A stretch of 64,000 nucleotides of DNA from Chthoniobacteraceae bacterium (GTDB lineage Bacteria > Verrucomicrobiota > Verrucomicrobiia > Chthoniobacterales > Chthoniobacteraceae): assembly GCA_049521415.1 (NCBI GenBank), contig JBEKOV010000001.1, positions 28,808 through 92,807 on the forward strand. Direction: 5' to 3'. The notes under the pieces are model-generated. The model did not search any database, was not told where the DNA came from, and worked only from the letters and a program-made list of their open reading frames with translations. The position numbers were made by a program, and so were the translations under genes. This document shows positions 55,007-63,242 of the stretch, in pieces. The first letter of the stretch is position 1. Every line of letters starts with the position of its first letter.

Positions 55007-55303
55007 TCAGGACACGTTCTGCCGCAGCATCGACAGCGTGCTGGTCTGGTGAATATCCCGGCTCCAGTCCACCACGTGGCCCCGCCACAGGTTGTTCGGA
55101 GCCTGGTACGTGAACACGTTCCCCACGTACCCGTTCCCGCCCACGGTGAAGCATTTGAACGGGCTCGGATCGTACAGCGTCGCGCTCGGCACCTGGTAAT
55201 GCGTCAGGCACACCCCCTGCAGCAGCCGCTTCTTGTTCGCGGCCTGGTTCAGCCGCGTGGTGTCGTACACCACGTTCGCCACCAGGATGATCCCCGGAAC
55301 CAA
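55007..55303 (-). CDS. hypothetical protein
   Basis: TTG 55303 chosen so as not to overlap divergent gene 55322; the N-terminal part of the 154-aa ORF is Arg-rich. Confidence 0.35.
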   Translation of the reverse strand: MVPGIILVANVVYDTTRLNQAANKKRLLQGVCLTHYQVPSATLYDPSPFKCFTVGGNGYVGNVFTYQAPNNLWRGHVVDWSRDIHQTSTLSMLRQNVS

Positions 55304-55321
55304 TAAGCCAGAAACACAGCC

Positions 55322-56107
55322 ATGAAAAGATACGGACAAACTCTCACGTGGGGACCGCTTTCGGCCCCGGCATTTTTCAGCGGGGAACCTATTTCCTACT
55401 CGCTCAGGGACGGGGCGACCAAGCAGCTCATCGACGGGGCGGCGGGCGACTGGCTGGCGATGGCGCTGCACTCACGGAAGGCGGAGATCGCCTTCGAAGC
55501 GAAGTGCACGGTCGCCTCGACCAACTTCCTGGACCTGAGCGTTGGGGCGGCGATTGCGCTCTCCACGATCTCGAGCACGGGATCGATCCTTGTCTCGCGC
55601 GCGGTCGAGCGCTGGCGGCTGAACCAGGCGAAGACGGCCTCGATAGAGGCGCTGTGGCTGCCGGACGGGACGCCGAACAGCCCGGCGCTTGCGGGAACTA
55701 CGGGGACGGCGTTCACGCCGGACCAGAGCGGATCGACGATTGTGACGCCGGGATCGGCGCTCATATATTCGACCTACGGCTTCACGCACGCGAAGGGGCT
55801 GGTGCATGAGCTGACGCTGACGCAGAGCCTGCGCATCACCGAGGATGATCCGTCGCCCGACGGGCTGATCCTGGGGGCGGCGGCGGACGGGTACGAGCAG
55901 ACGATTAATCTGCTGTTGCTGGCGCAAATCCCGAGCACGACGAGTCCGATGACGGATTACCCGGCGGTGGGCAGCACACTGGTGATCGGGGGGGGAACTG
56001 CGTCCATGGCCGATTTCATCATCACCAACAGCGGGCCGGCGATGGAGATGGAAAAAGGGATGATGTACTCCATCGACGCGAGCTGGATTCCGCCGTTCAC
56101 AACCTGA
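55322..56107 (+). CDS. candidate major tail (tube) protein
   Basis: 261 aa, first gene of the rightward block, three genes before the tape-measure-like gene; position only. Confidence 0.55.
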   Translation: MKRYGQTLTWGPLSAPAFFSGEPISYSLRDGATKQLIDGAAGDWLAMALHSRKAEIAFEAKCTVASTNFLDLSVGAAIALSTISSTGSILVSRAVERWRLNQAKTASIEALWLPDGTPNSPALAGTTGTAFTPDQSGSTIVTPGSALIYSTYGFTHAKGLVHELTLTQSLRITEDDPSPDGLILGAAADGYEQTINLLLLAQIPSTTSPMTDYPAVGSTLVIGGGTASMADFIITNSGPAMEMEKGMMYSIDASWIPPFTT

Positions 56108-56140
56108 TCTCAAACAACCCAATGAAAGGCATACATCGAT

Positions 56141-56401
56141 ATGGAAACTAAACCAAGTCCCACCGCGGCTCCAGCCGCTGCACCCGCGCCCGCGGCTCCG
56201 AATGCCGCCGGCAAAGCCACCAAGGCCGAACTCAACGCGGCAATCGCCGAGGCCGACGCCATCGTGGCTTCCATCGCGAAGCTGCAGGCGTCGCTGAACG
56301 TGAATGACACCAAGTTCATCGCGGTGACCGTCGGCGTGGCGTCCGAGCGGCTGCAGGAAGCGCAACGGTATCTGCGGAACAAACTGCCGAAGGCGGTCTA
56401 G
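56141..56401 (+). CDS. hypothetical protein (tail assembly chaperone position)
   Basis: 86 aa, Ala/Pro-rich N-terminus then helical. Confidence 0.5.
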   Translation: METKPSPTAAPAAAPAPAAPNAAGKATKAELNAAIAEADAIVASIAKLQASLNVNDTKFIAVTVGVASERLQEAQRYLRNKLPKAV

Positions 56402-56404
56402 GCC

Positions 56405-57043
56405 ATGGAGGGGCCGGCCGCGGAAGAAGAAGACGGGCTTGCGGGGCTGCGGGAGCTGCAGGCGCAACTGGCCGGCACGGCGCAGAGCCCGTGGCAGCCG
56501 CGGTGCGTGGCGAGGGCGTTCCGGACTCCGGCGGCCTCGCATGCGTTTGTGTTCACGATGCAGGCGTGGATCGACCTGGATGCCGTACAGTCGCCCTTCC
56601 TGCTCGAAGAGCTGCCGGACCCGGACCTGGGGCATGAAGCGATCATCAGGGCCTTTGAAGAGGCGTTCGCGGCATTTGGCCATACGAGCACGACGCCGGC
56701 GGAATGCGCGCCGTTCGAATTGGCGCTGCTGGGCAAGAGCATGATTCGGGTGATCCGGCAGGGATTCGCGATGCGGCTGCGGATGAATCCGCCGAAGGGA
56801 ATGGAGAGCGGCGGCGGGGATGACGGATTCGGCGACTGGCTGCCGGTGATGGCGTGCCTGAAGGCGCAGCTCTATTTCGGCTGGGAAGAGGCGCTGGCGA
56901 TGCACGTGGAGAGGGCGCTGGCGGTGGTGAACGCGCACCGGCGCAACGAGGGATGGACGCCGGCGGAAACGCCGTATGCATTGAGAGACGTGTCCCCCGT
57001 GTCCCACGGGGGCGCGGAGAGCGGGGAGGAACAGCATGGCTGA
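56405..57043 (+). CDS. hypothetical protein (tail assembly chaperone position)
   Basis: 212 aa, overlaps the next gene by 8 nt. Confidence 0.5.
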   Translation: MEGPAAEEEDGLAGLRELQAQLAGTAQSPWQPRCVARAFRTPAASHAFVFTMQAWIDLDAVQSPFLLEELPDPDLGHEAIIRAFEEAFAAFGHTSTTPAECAPFELALLGKSMIRVIRQGFAMRLRMNPPKGMESGGGDDGFGDWLPVMACLKAQLYFGWEEALAMHVERALAVVNAHRRNEGWTPAETPYALRDVSPVSHGGAESGEEQHG

Positions 57044-58373
57044 GCCGGTCAAAATCGTCATCTCGGAGACGCGGGAGGGGAACGCGATCGACGAGGAGCA
57101 GCGAAGGATCGAGCAGCTCCACAAGGCGGCGGAGCAATACGCGAAGACGCCGGGGATGGAGGGGGCGGCGAAATCGGCGCGCGCCGAGGCGATGGAGCTG
57201 CAAAAGAAACAGCTTGGAACGAGGCTGGCGCAGGAGGCGCATGCGCGGGCGGCCGGCAACGGCGAGGCGGCGGACCAGGCGGCGCGCGAGGCGAAGGAGA
57301 TGGAGCGGACGATGCAGCTCCAGCGCAAGGGAGGGATGGGTTATGACCAAGCCGCGAAGACGGCGCGGCGGCAGCTCAACCAGGAGGACGAGGCGGCGGC
57401 GCTGAAGAAGGCGGGGATCGAGAAGATGGGCTATACGCGGGCGCGGCAGGAAGCGCTGACGCTGGCGCGGGAATTGGCGACGGGCGCGCCGACGGGGCGG
57501 ACCTTGAGCGCGCTGCTGGGGAACCTGATCGGAGGGATGGCGCCGGAGGCGCTGGCCGCCGCCGCTGGGATTGCGGCGCCGGTGGCGCTCGTTGGCGGCG
57601 CGTATCTGTTCAACCGCGACCAGAGGGAGCAGGATTACCAGGAGCAGAACAAGATGAGCGAGGAGCAGGCGGGGGATGAGCGCGCGCAGGAAATCGCGCG
57701 CAGCCCGCTGGGAAGCGACTCGGGGAGCTTCCAACAGGAGGTGAGCGATGAGAGCACGATCAAAAAAGATGAGGCGGATCGCGGGCGGCTGGAGCACGCG
57801 CGGAAGCACGCGTGGTTTGGGCTAAAAGACAAGCTTGCGAGCCTGACCGGAGGAAGATGGAAAACGCAGGAGCAGAGAGATCAAATCGACAACGAGAATG
57901 AGATCAAACGGGCCGAGCGCGACAAACGCGCGTCGCAAAAAAGCCTCAGGGAACAATGGAATACGGGGGGCGCGTATGATGAGAAAATCCTGGAAGACCT
58001 CTCGGAGCACAGCGTGGCTGGGGTGAAAAAGGCGACGGTCGACACCGCGAAGAAAAGCTGGATGGCGGCTTACCGCAGGTCCGTCGCGGAAGGGGCGAGC
58101 CGGGACGACGCGCTGAAGATCTCGGATTTGACGGCGAAGCAGGCGGATTGGGAACGCGCGCAGGCGCGCGGCGCGGGCCTTGTAAACGCGCAGACGGGCA
58201 ATGCCGGGGCGGCGGCGGCGGCGCGCTGGGCGGACACGGGCATCGTGGGGCCGGGGATGGACGCGCTGCTGGCGGAGATGCGCTCTTCGAAGGTCGCGTC
58301 GCAGGCCGCATTCGACAAGCTGACCGACAGCCAGGTGCGCGTGGATCAAAGCGGGAAGCCTTTGACGCCATGA
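57036..58373 (+). CDS. tape-measure-like protein
   Basis: Charged coiled-coil sequence with a central hydrophobic Gly/Ala segment LSALLGNLIGGMAPEALAAAAGIAAPVALVGGAYLF. Confidence 0.6.
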   Translation: MAEPVKIVISETREGNAIDEEQRRIEQLHKAAEQYAKTPGMEGAAKSARAEAMELQKKQLGTRLAQEAHARAAGNGEAADQAAREAKEMERTMQLQRKGGMGYDQAAKTARRQLNQEDEAAALKKAGIEKMGYTRARQEALTLARELATGAPTGRTLSALLGNLIGGMAPEALAAAAGIAAPVALVGGAYLFNRDQREQDYQEQNKMSEEQAGDERAQEIARSPLGSDSGSFQQEVSDESTIKKDEADRGRLEHARKHAWFGLKDKLASLTGGRWKTQEQRDQIDNENEIKRAERDKRASQKSLREQWNTGGAYDEKILEDLSEHSVAGVKKATVDTAKKSWMAAYRRSVAEGASRDDALKISDLTAKQADWERAQARGAGLVNAQTGNAGAAAAARWADTGIVGPGMDALLAEMRSSKVASQAAFDKLTDSQVRVDQSGKPLTP

Positions 58374-59161
58374 TTTACGGGACGCCGCCGGTAAAACTGG
58401 AGACCGATGTGACCGACGTGATCGGCATCCGGACGCTGGTGCTGGGGCAGATGTGGCAACCGTCGGCGAGCAACCTCTCGCAGGAGCAGATCGACGCGGA
58501 GTCGCCGGACATTCCGGGGGTGCCTGGGGGGCTGATTCTGGTGGGGCAGCAGTGCCGACCATTCGGCGGATGCTACAAGACGACGTGGACCTTTGAGGGG
58601 ATCCTCGGCGACGGGAAATCGGTCACGTTCAAGGATCGCACCAACTCGCTTGATTACGGGTTCGATCCGGGGTTCGCCCAGGTGCCGATCCAGACGCATC
58701 CCTATTTTCAGGACATGCTGACGCAATTCGGCGGCTACCCGGACCCGTCCAGCAGCACGGTGATCTGGCCCACGACGATGCCGGCGGCGTCTGCATCTGG
58801 GGGCGGAAGCACGGGGATGCCGGGGGGATCGAGCGCTGGGAGCGCGACGCCGAACCCGATGTTTGGGCGGCAGGATTATTTCTCGCTGGATGGGCAATAT
58901 TACATGCGGTACGCGCTGCTGACCAAGCCGACCGGGTATTCGAATATCAACCTGATCGTGGATACGAGCGAGCTGCCAGGCGATCCCCCGAGCGATCTGC
59001 CGAGCGACCGCAACTGGCTGGTGGTTCCTCCCACCTACAAGCGGCGCGGGCTGATCTTTGAGGTGATGGAAACGTACTGGCTGAGCTATGAGGGAGGGTG
59101 GAACATCCCAAGCTATACCAAGCCCAGCGGCCAGGGCACATGGAGCATCCCGACCTCATGA
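58370..59161 (+). CDS. hypothetical tail protein (distal tail position)
   Basis: Start MIYGTPPVKL (ATG 58370), ATGA-coupled to the tape-measure stop. Confidence 0.55.
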   Translation: MIYGTPPVKLETDVTDVIGIRTLVLGQMWQPSASNLSQEQIDAESPDIPGVPGGLILVGQQCRPFGGCYKTTWTFEGILGDGKSVTFKDRTNSLDYGFDPGFAQVPIQTHPYFQDMLTQFGGYPDPSSSTVIWPTTMPAASASGGGSTGMPGGSSAGSATPNPMFGRQDYFSLDGQYYMRYALLTKPTGYSNINLIVDTSELPGDPPSDLPSDRNWLVVPPTYKRRGLIFEVMETYWLSYEGGWNIPSYTKPSGQGTWSIPTS

Positions 59162-59697
59162 GCGGCGCCGCGCAAATCAGGCCGGGAGTGGGACTCAGGA
59201 CCGTCAGAACGATGATGGGCTTCGGCATGACGTCAGCCGGCGGAGGCGGTTCGTTTCTGCATCCCTTCTATCCCACCCTCAATGGGATTGCGGGCGTCCA
59301 GTTCTCACGCGGTCTGGTGAGCTATATCGAGCCGACGATCGAGGGCGTACCGATCTCCGGGATGGTCAACGGGGTGCAGGGGCCGCCGCCGGTGCTGCCG
59401 CTCGATCCGAATGTGATCGGCGCCGGCGACAACCGCACGTGGGCCTGCGCGGAGATCACGGTCGACGCGAAGGGGATGATCAGCCCGGCTTCCACCGTGG
59501 TAATGGCGCACCGGGCGACGTGGTTTCTCCAGGACCCGCTGGGAAAGACGGGGCGCTGCCCGGTGTGCATGATCCTCTGGAATGGCAGAGTGCCCTCGCA
59601 GATTTTTCACATTCTCTATTTCAACCCGGTGGCGCAGATGGTGACGCTGCCGACAGGTGGCACCGGCGCGGGCGTCGTGAAGTTTTTCTTCCTGTGA
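59158..59697 (+). CDS. hypothetical tail protein
   Basis: Start MSGAAQIRPG (ATG 59158), ATGA-coupled. Confidence 0.55.
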   Translation: MSGAAQIRPGVGLRTVRTMMGFGMTSAGGGGSFLHPFYPTLNGIAGVQFSRGLVSYIEPTIEGVPISGMVNGVQGPPPVLPLDPNVIGAGDNRTWACAEITVDAKGMISPASTVVMAHRATWFLQDPLGKTGRCPVCMILWNGRVPSQIFHILYFNPVAQMVTLPTGGTGAGVVKFFFL

Positions 59698-59719
59698 CCA
59701 GCATGATGCCGGACCCGAT

Positions 59720-59756
59720 ATGAAAATTTCGAAACTCTCGAAAATCCCATCGAACC
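59720..59756 (+). repeat. A-rich array S4
   Basis: ATGAAAATTTCGAAACTCTCGAAAATCCCATCGAACC forms the first codons of gene 59720. Confidence 0.7.
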
Positions 59757-60817
59757 CGGACGCCGTGGCGATCATGCCTGGGAGCGGGGCGCGCGTCTCG
59801 ATGCGAGGAGGGATCGGGCGGACGCTGCAACTGAGCCCGGAGACGGGCTGGAAGCATCCGTGGCAGATCACGCTGCTGTGGGACGGGACGCGGCAATTGT
59901 GGACATCGACCATGAAGGCGGGCTTCGTGAACGGGGAGTGCCCGGTCGTCATCTCAACGGCCGGGAGCGACGCGAACCCGGCGAACTGGCAGCAATTCGG
60001 CATCAACCCGCTCACCGGGGAGCCGTTTTTTTCGGCATGGGTTTTTAATAATGCGGCGCCCGCCATCGCGCCCGCGACGACGGTGTGGCTGCCTCTTTAC
60101 TCGAATCCGTTGATCGACCTGAGCTGGTATAACATCGGGTCCGACGACGCGACGGCGCAGAACGCGGTGCCGCAATTCTTTCTCAACCTCGGGGTGACGC
60201 CGGCGACGCCGATTGACCCTGACGATCCCGACCAATCCGCGGGGGCTCCCCCCCCGGCCGGGAACCGGCTCTTGCGCGCCTGTGATTTGATTTTGCACCA
60301 GCCGCACGTGGCACTGACCTCCCAGATCACGCTGGCGCCTGGGATCGTCACCGGGGAGAGCAACGTGTCGCAGACGCTCGGGCTCACGCAGATCGACCCA
60401 AGCGATACGCTGAAGATGTACGCCCAGGCAGGCGCCTTCAGCCCGGAGGACGCAATCGCCGCCGGCATCGATCCGTCGACCGGCGATTACACGGAGCCCG
60501 CTTACGACGAGATTCTGATTGGGACGGCTTACCTGTTGAGTCCGCCGAATACCGAGCCCTACTCGATGCCCGATCAGACCTGGCAGCCGTATGTCAGCCA
60601 CTCGCTGTTTTGGAATCTGTTTTGGGCGCAACCGGAATTTCAGCCCACGCCCGCCGAAGCTACCGACGCATTCGGCCAGCTCGCCCAACTCACCTCTGTG
60701 CTCGGGGCCGGAGCGGGATCGGTGGCGATAAATTACATCACCTCGTCGCTCACCGATGCATACCAGGCCGCGACGAACATACTCGTTGCGCAATCCATGG
60801 CCGGCTCTTTCTGGTAG
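59720..60817 (+). CDS. tail-associated hypothetical protein, 3' end truncated by transposon insertion
   Basis: Stop codon TAG 60815-60817 lies inside the transposon terminal repeat; the frame continues at 63243 once the element is removed. Confidence 0.7.
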   Translation: MKISKLSKIPSNPDAVAIMPGSGARVSMRGGIGRTLQLSPETGWKHPWQITLLWDGTRQLWTSTMKAGFVNGECPVVISTAGSDANPANWQQFGINPLTGEPFFSAWVFNNAAPAIAPATTVWLPLYSNPLIDLSWYNIGSDDATAQNAVPQFFLNLGVTPATPIDPDDPDQSAGAPPPAGNRLLRACDLILHQPHVALTSQITLAPGIVTGESNVSQTLGLTQIDPSDTLKMYAQAGAFSPEDAIAAGIDPSTGDYTEPAYDEILIGTAYLLSPPNTEPYSMPDQTWQPYVSHSLFWNLFWAQPEFQPTPAEATDAFGQLAQLTSVLGAGAGSVAINYITSSLTDAYQAATNILVAQSMAGSFW

Positions 60818-60821
60818 TGTC

Positions 60822-61286
60822 CTAATTTGAAATGCTGGGAGGCGGCGGAACGGCTCCCGAATTGTCATTCTGGATATTCAAATTCACCTGCGGCGCAGGA
60901 GGTCCTAGTCCCATGCTGAAAAGGATTCTGTGCGGAATTTGGTCGTCAATTGCAAATATCTTCGATTGGGTGAACTGCCCGTCCATGCTGGGAATGGCCC
61001 TAATCACGGTATTCTTGGCAAAGAGCCCATCTATAGACCTCCCTGATAGCGTTGGAGTCCCCGAAGGATCAGGCGTCCCGCCAACAGTCACAACGATTGG
61101 CGCATTTCCGATGTAATCGCTATTGATTTCAATCCGAGCCCCCGGGGGCTCGGATATGATCTGGATTTGATAGCCACTGGTTGGCAATCGCTCGGACTGA
61201 GCCATGGTTTGCTGAATTGGAGGAGTGTTTGACGCGCACCCCGCCATGAGGAGAATCAGGGCGGCAAAACTGCTGCGAAGGATCAT
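60822..61286 (-). CDS. lipoprotein with PEGA-like domain (transposon cargo)
   Basis: MILRSSFAALILLMAGC lipobox-like; IISEPPGARIEINSDYIGNAPIVV PEGA-type motif. Confidence 0.7.
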   Translation of the reverse strand: MILRSSFAALILLMAGCASNTPPIQQTMAQSERLPTSGYQIQIISEPPGARIEINSDYIGNAPIVVTVGGTPDPSGTPTLSGRSIDGLFAKNTVIRAIPSMDGQFTQSKIFAIDDQIPHRILFSMGLGPPAPQVNLNIQNDNSGAVPPPPSISN

Positions 61287-61389
61287 GGGGCTATCAATGG
61301 TGATTTTTTGCTCCTTGGTAAAGCTGTTTACACAATATGGCCGTTGTGGTAGCGTCTTTCCCGTATGGAGCTTGTGCCGACTGATTTTG

Positions 61390-61695
61390 CTACCCGGAGG
61401 GAGGAGGAGTATTTGGAGCGGGGGATTCGCGTAGCCAAATCTTGGACAATTCTCGGCGATCTAATAGGGCAGCTAATGCCGGATTGCGATTCTCCAGCTT
61501 CTCCAGAAGCCTCTGGTGAAATTTCTCCTCCTGCATCTGTAAATCAGTGACAATATCCTTCTCGCTTCGTCCTGTGATGGACGAAAGCAGAAAGCCGACC
61601 AAAGTTTCTAAGGCGTAGATTTTACCTAATAGTTCTAGGTTTTCTGCCTTCAACTCAAGAATTGCGATGTGGAGATCATCCTTTTTTTTGCTCAT
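61390..61695 (-). CDS. hypothetical helical protein (cargo)
   Basis: 101 aa, ATGA-coupled to the upstream ORF. Confidence 0.5.
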   Translation of the reverse strand: MSKKKDDLHIAILELKAENLELLGKIYALETLVGFLLSSITGRSEKDIVTDLQMQEEKFHQRLLEKLENRNPALAALLDRRELSKIWLRESPAPNTPPPSG

Positions 61696-61985
61696 ATCTT
61701 TTTCGCCGCTGCCGCAATCGCAACCTTAACCGCCATCTGCGCGGAATCCACAGGCGGAATCTCCAGCACGGCAATCGTCTTCGTTTTACCGTCCTCCTCG
61801 TAGCTCCAGGCATAACAGCGTTTCGCCTTGGGATGGCCGGTAATGTCGTAAATCTCTACGACCCCCTCCCACGCCACCAGCTTTCGGAAGACTTCGCGAA
61901 CGGGTACAGACTCGACGTGCTTCGCTTTGGCACCATGAACAGCCAGAATCGCCCGCTGGTGCTCTTTAATCGTCTCAGGCTGCAT
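61692..61985 (-). CDS. hypothetical conserved-looking small protein (cargo)
   Basis: 97 aa; VEIYDITGHPKAKRCYAWSYEE...VLEIPPVDSAQMAVKVAI; start overlaps the transposase stop by 11 nt. Confidence 0.55.
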   Translation of the reverse strand: MQPETIKEHQRAILAVHGAKAKHVESVPVREVFRKLVAWEGVVEIYDITGHPKAKRCYAWSYEEDGKTKTIAVLEIPPVDSAQMAVKVAIAAAAKKI

Positions 61986-62799
61986 CTATGAGGTCCGTGA
62001 TGGAAAGATGCGTCCTCTCGATTCCTGCGGCCATTGCCGGGGTGCAACGGATGGTGGAGTGCGTTTTCACGAAGTTGTAATATGCCAGATGCAAGGCGAT
62101 GGCAGCTTTGAAATTCTCCAGCTTTTTTGAAAATGCCAGCGTGAGCCGGGCGAGCCGCCTGCAATGGGTCCGAACCGTCAGGTTTGAACGCTCGATATAG
62201 GACGTGCAGACAAGCTCCGGGATTGGGTCGCCATTGATGGCGCTCTTGAACACAGAAGAGAGGCGGGAGGGGCTGTACCTACGGGCCTCCTCTTTGGAGG
62301 GGGCACAGTATTCTTTTACAATCTGCCCGTAGTCCACGTCCCCGCCGAAGGCCATTTCCACGGCATCGGGGTAGGCTCCCATGGCATCGGAGGACAACTG
62401 GATGCGATTGCATAGCCGCGCAGCCAAATCCTGCATGAAAGTGACGGCGTGGTAGCGGTCCCGCTGTCCCACCAGAAACGAGGGCATCAGCTTTGTCTCG
62501 GGGTCGATGGATAGAAACGTCCAGACATCCCCGAGCCCGGCGCGGCGATCTACGGCATTGGCGCGTTTCTGCTTCTTGCCCACGAATCCCCAAATCTCAT
62601 CCACTTCAATGCGGGTGCAGAGCAGGGCGCGCATTTTGGCGTCCATCAGCTTCTCGCATCCCTGCCCGACCCGGACGCCCAGCCGCATGATCGTGTCGCG
62701 GTGGATGCCGGTCATGCGCTCAATGGAGCGGATGGAGTTTCCTTCCGCGAGAGCGGAAATCACGGTCGCCTGTTTTTCAGTGGGAAGCACGTTTGCCAT
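61975..62799 (-). CDS. IS1 family DDE transposase
   Basis: Start MANVLPTEKQ (ATG 62799); N-terminal HTH GNSIRSIERMTGIHRDTIMRLG; DDE-like EVDEIWGFVGKK, SSDAMGAYPD, YIERSNLTVRTHCRRLARLTLAFSKK. Confidence 0.8.
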   Translation of the reverse strand: MANVLPTEKQATVISALAEGNSIRSIERMTGIHRDTIMRLGVRVGQGCEKLMDAKMRALLCTRIEVDEIWGFVGKKQKRANAVDRRAGLGDVWTFLSIDPETKLMPSFLVGQRDRYHAVTFMQDLAARLCNRIQLSSDAMGAYPDAVEMAFGGDVDYGQIVKEYCAPSKEEARRYSPSRLSSVFKSAINGDPIPELVCTSYIERSNLTVRTHCRRLARLTLAFSKKLENFKAAIALHLAYYNFVKTHSTIRCTPAMAAGIERTHLSITDLIDAA

Positions 62800-62809
62800 G
62801 GGAATAAAT

Positions 62810-62852
62810 GTAGACGCAAAATTAACTTGTGTCCACATATTTTTGCGTCTAC
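62810..62852. promoter_or_regulatory. 12-bp perfect inverted repeat just upstream of the transposase start (candidate operator or promoter)
   Basis: GTAGACGCAAAA (62810-62821) and TTTTGCGTCTAC (62841-62852), 19-bp spacer. Confidence 0.5.
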
Positions 62853-62888
62853 GAAAAAGAAAGGGCCGGGACTTGTGATTCCCGGCCC
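62853..62888 (-). terminator. rho-independent terminator (minus strand)
   Basis: Stem GGGCCGGG/CCCGGCCC with a 10-nt loop, followed on the minus strand by TTTCTTTTT. Confidence 0.6.
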
Positions 62889-62894
62889 TCAATT

Positions 62895-62967
62895 GGGAGC
62901 GTAAGCTAACCGGCAAACCCCGCGTTTCTACACCCCGGGATTGCGAGTTCGAGCCTCGCCGCTTCCA
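62895..62967 (+). ncRNA. 73-nt tRNA-like element or possible pseudo-tRNA, CTA at the anticodon position
   Basis: Acceptor GGGAGCG/CGCTTCC (one G-U), perfect T arm GCGAG-TTCGAGC-CTCGC, U8 A14 G18 G19 A21 U33 in register; D stem 2/4 pairs and anticodon stem 3/5 pairs. Confidence 0.4.
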
Positions 62968-62970
62968 AAA

Positions 62971-63153
62971 TTATGCGGTTGCCTCCAAAAGTCGCTCCCT
63001 CATCCATTCCCCCCGGCGCTGGCCTTGGGCCTTGGCTTTGCGGTCGATCTTTTGGGCCTCTTCCTTACTGAAGCGGAGGGGCCACACGAAGGCACGAGGG
63101 GACGCGGAACGCGGTCGCCCCGGACCCCTTGGGGTTTCAAGTCGTTTGCTCAT
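62971..63153 (-). CDS. small ribbon-helix-helix / MobC-like DNA-binding protein (first gene inside the right transposon end)
   Basis: 60 aa; RAFVWPLRFSKEEAQKIDRKAKAQGQRRGEWMRERLLEA fits the RHH beta-alpha-alpha pattern. Confidence 0.55.
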   Translation of the reverse strand: MSKRLETPRGPGRPRSASPRAFVWPLRFSKEEAQKIDRKAKAQGQRRGEWMRERLLEATA

Positions 63154-63242
63154 GGTGATTTACGTATACCATAAATCGGTTGTGTGGTCAACTGATTCGT
63201 TGGCTAGTGAAATCCGGGATGGGGTCAAATTAGGACACTACC

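Larger units (their letters stand above)
60813..63242 (-). mobile_element. IS1-family transposon with passenger genes (2,430 bp)
   Basis: Perfect 17-bp terminal IRs GGTAGTGTCCTAATTTG / CAAATTAGGACACTACC, 8-bp direct duplication CTCTTTCT outside both ends, lower GC, IS1-like DDE transposase inside. Confidence 0.85.

Noticed and set aside
55472-57328. 618-aa minus-strand ORF, and 646-aa-scale Arg-rich ORFs such as 56646..57809
   Set aside because: Extreme Arg/Pro content, typical of antisense frames in high-GC DNA. They overlap the coherent plus-strand tail-like genes.
62895-62967. The tRNA-like element as the prophage attachment site or a bona fide suppressor tRNA gene
   Set aside because: It lies inside the transposon terminal repeats, not at an island boundary. 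Its D and anticodon stems are too mismatched to call a functional tRNA by eye. It is kept only as a tRNA-like element or pseudo-tRNA.
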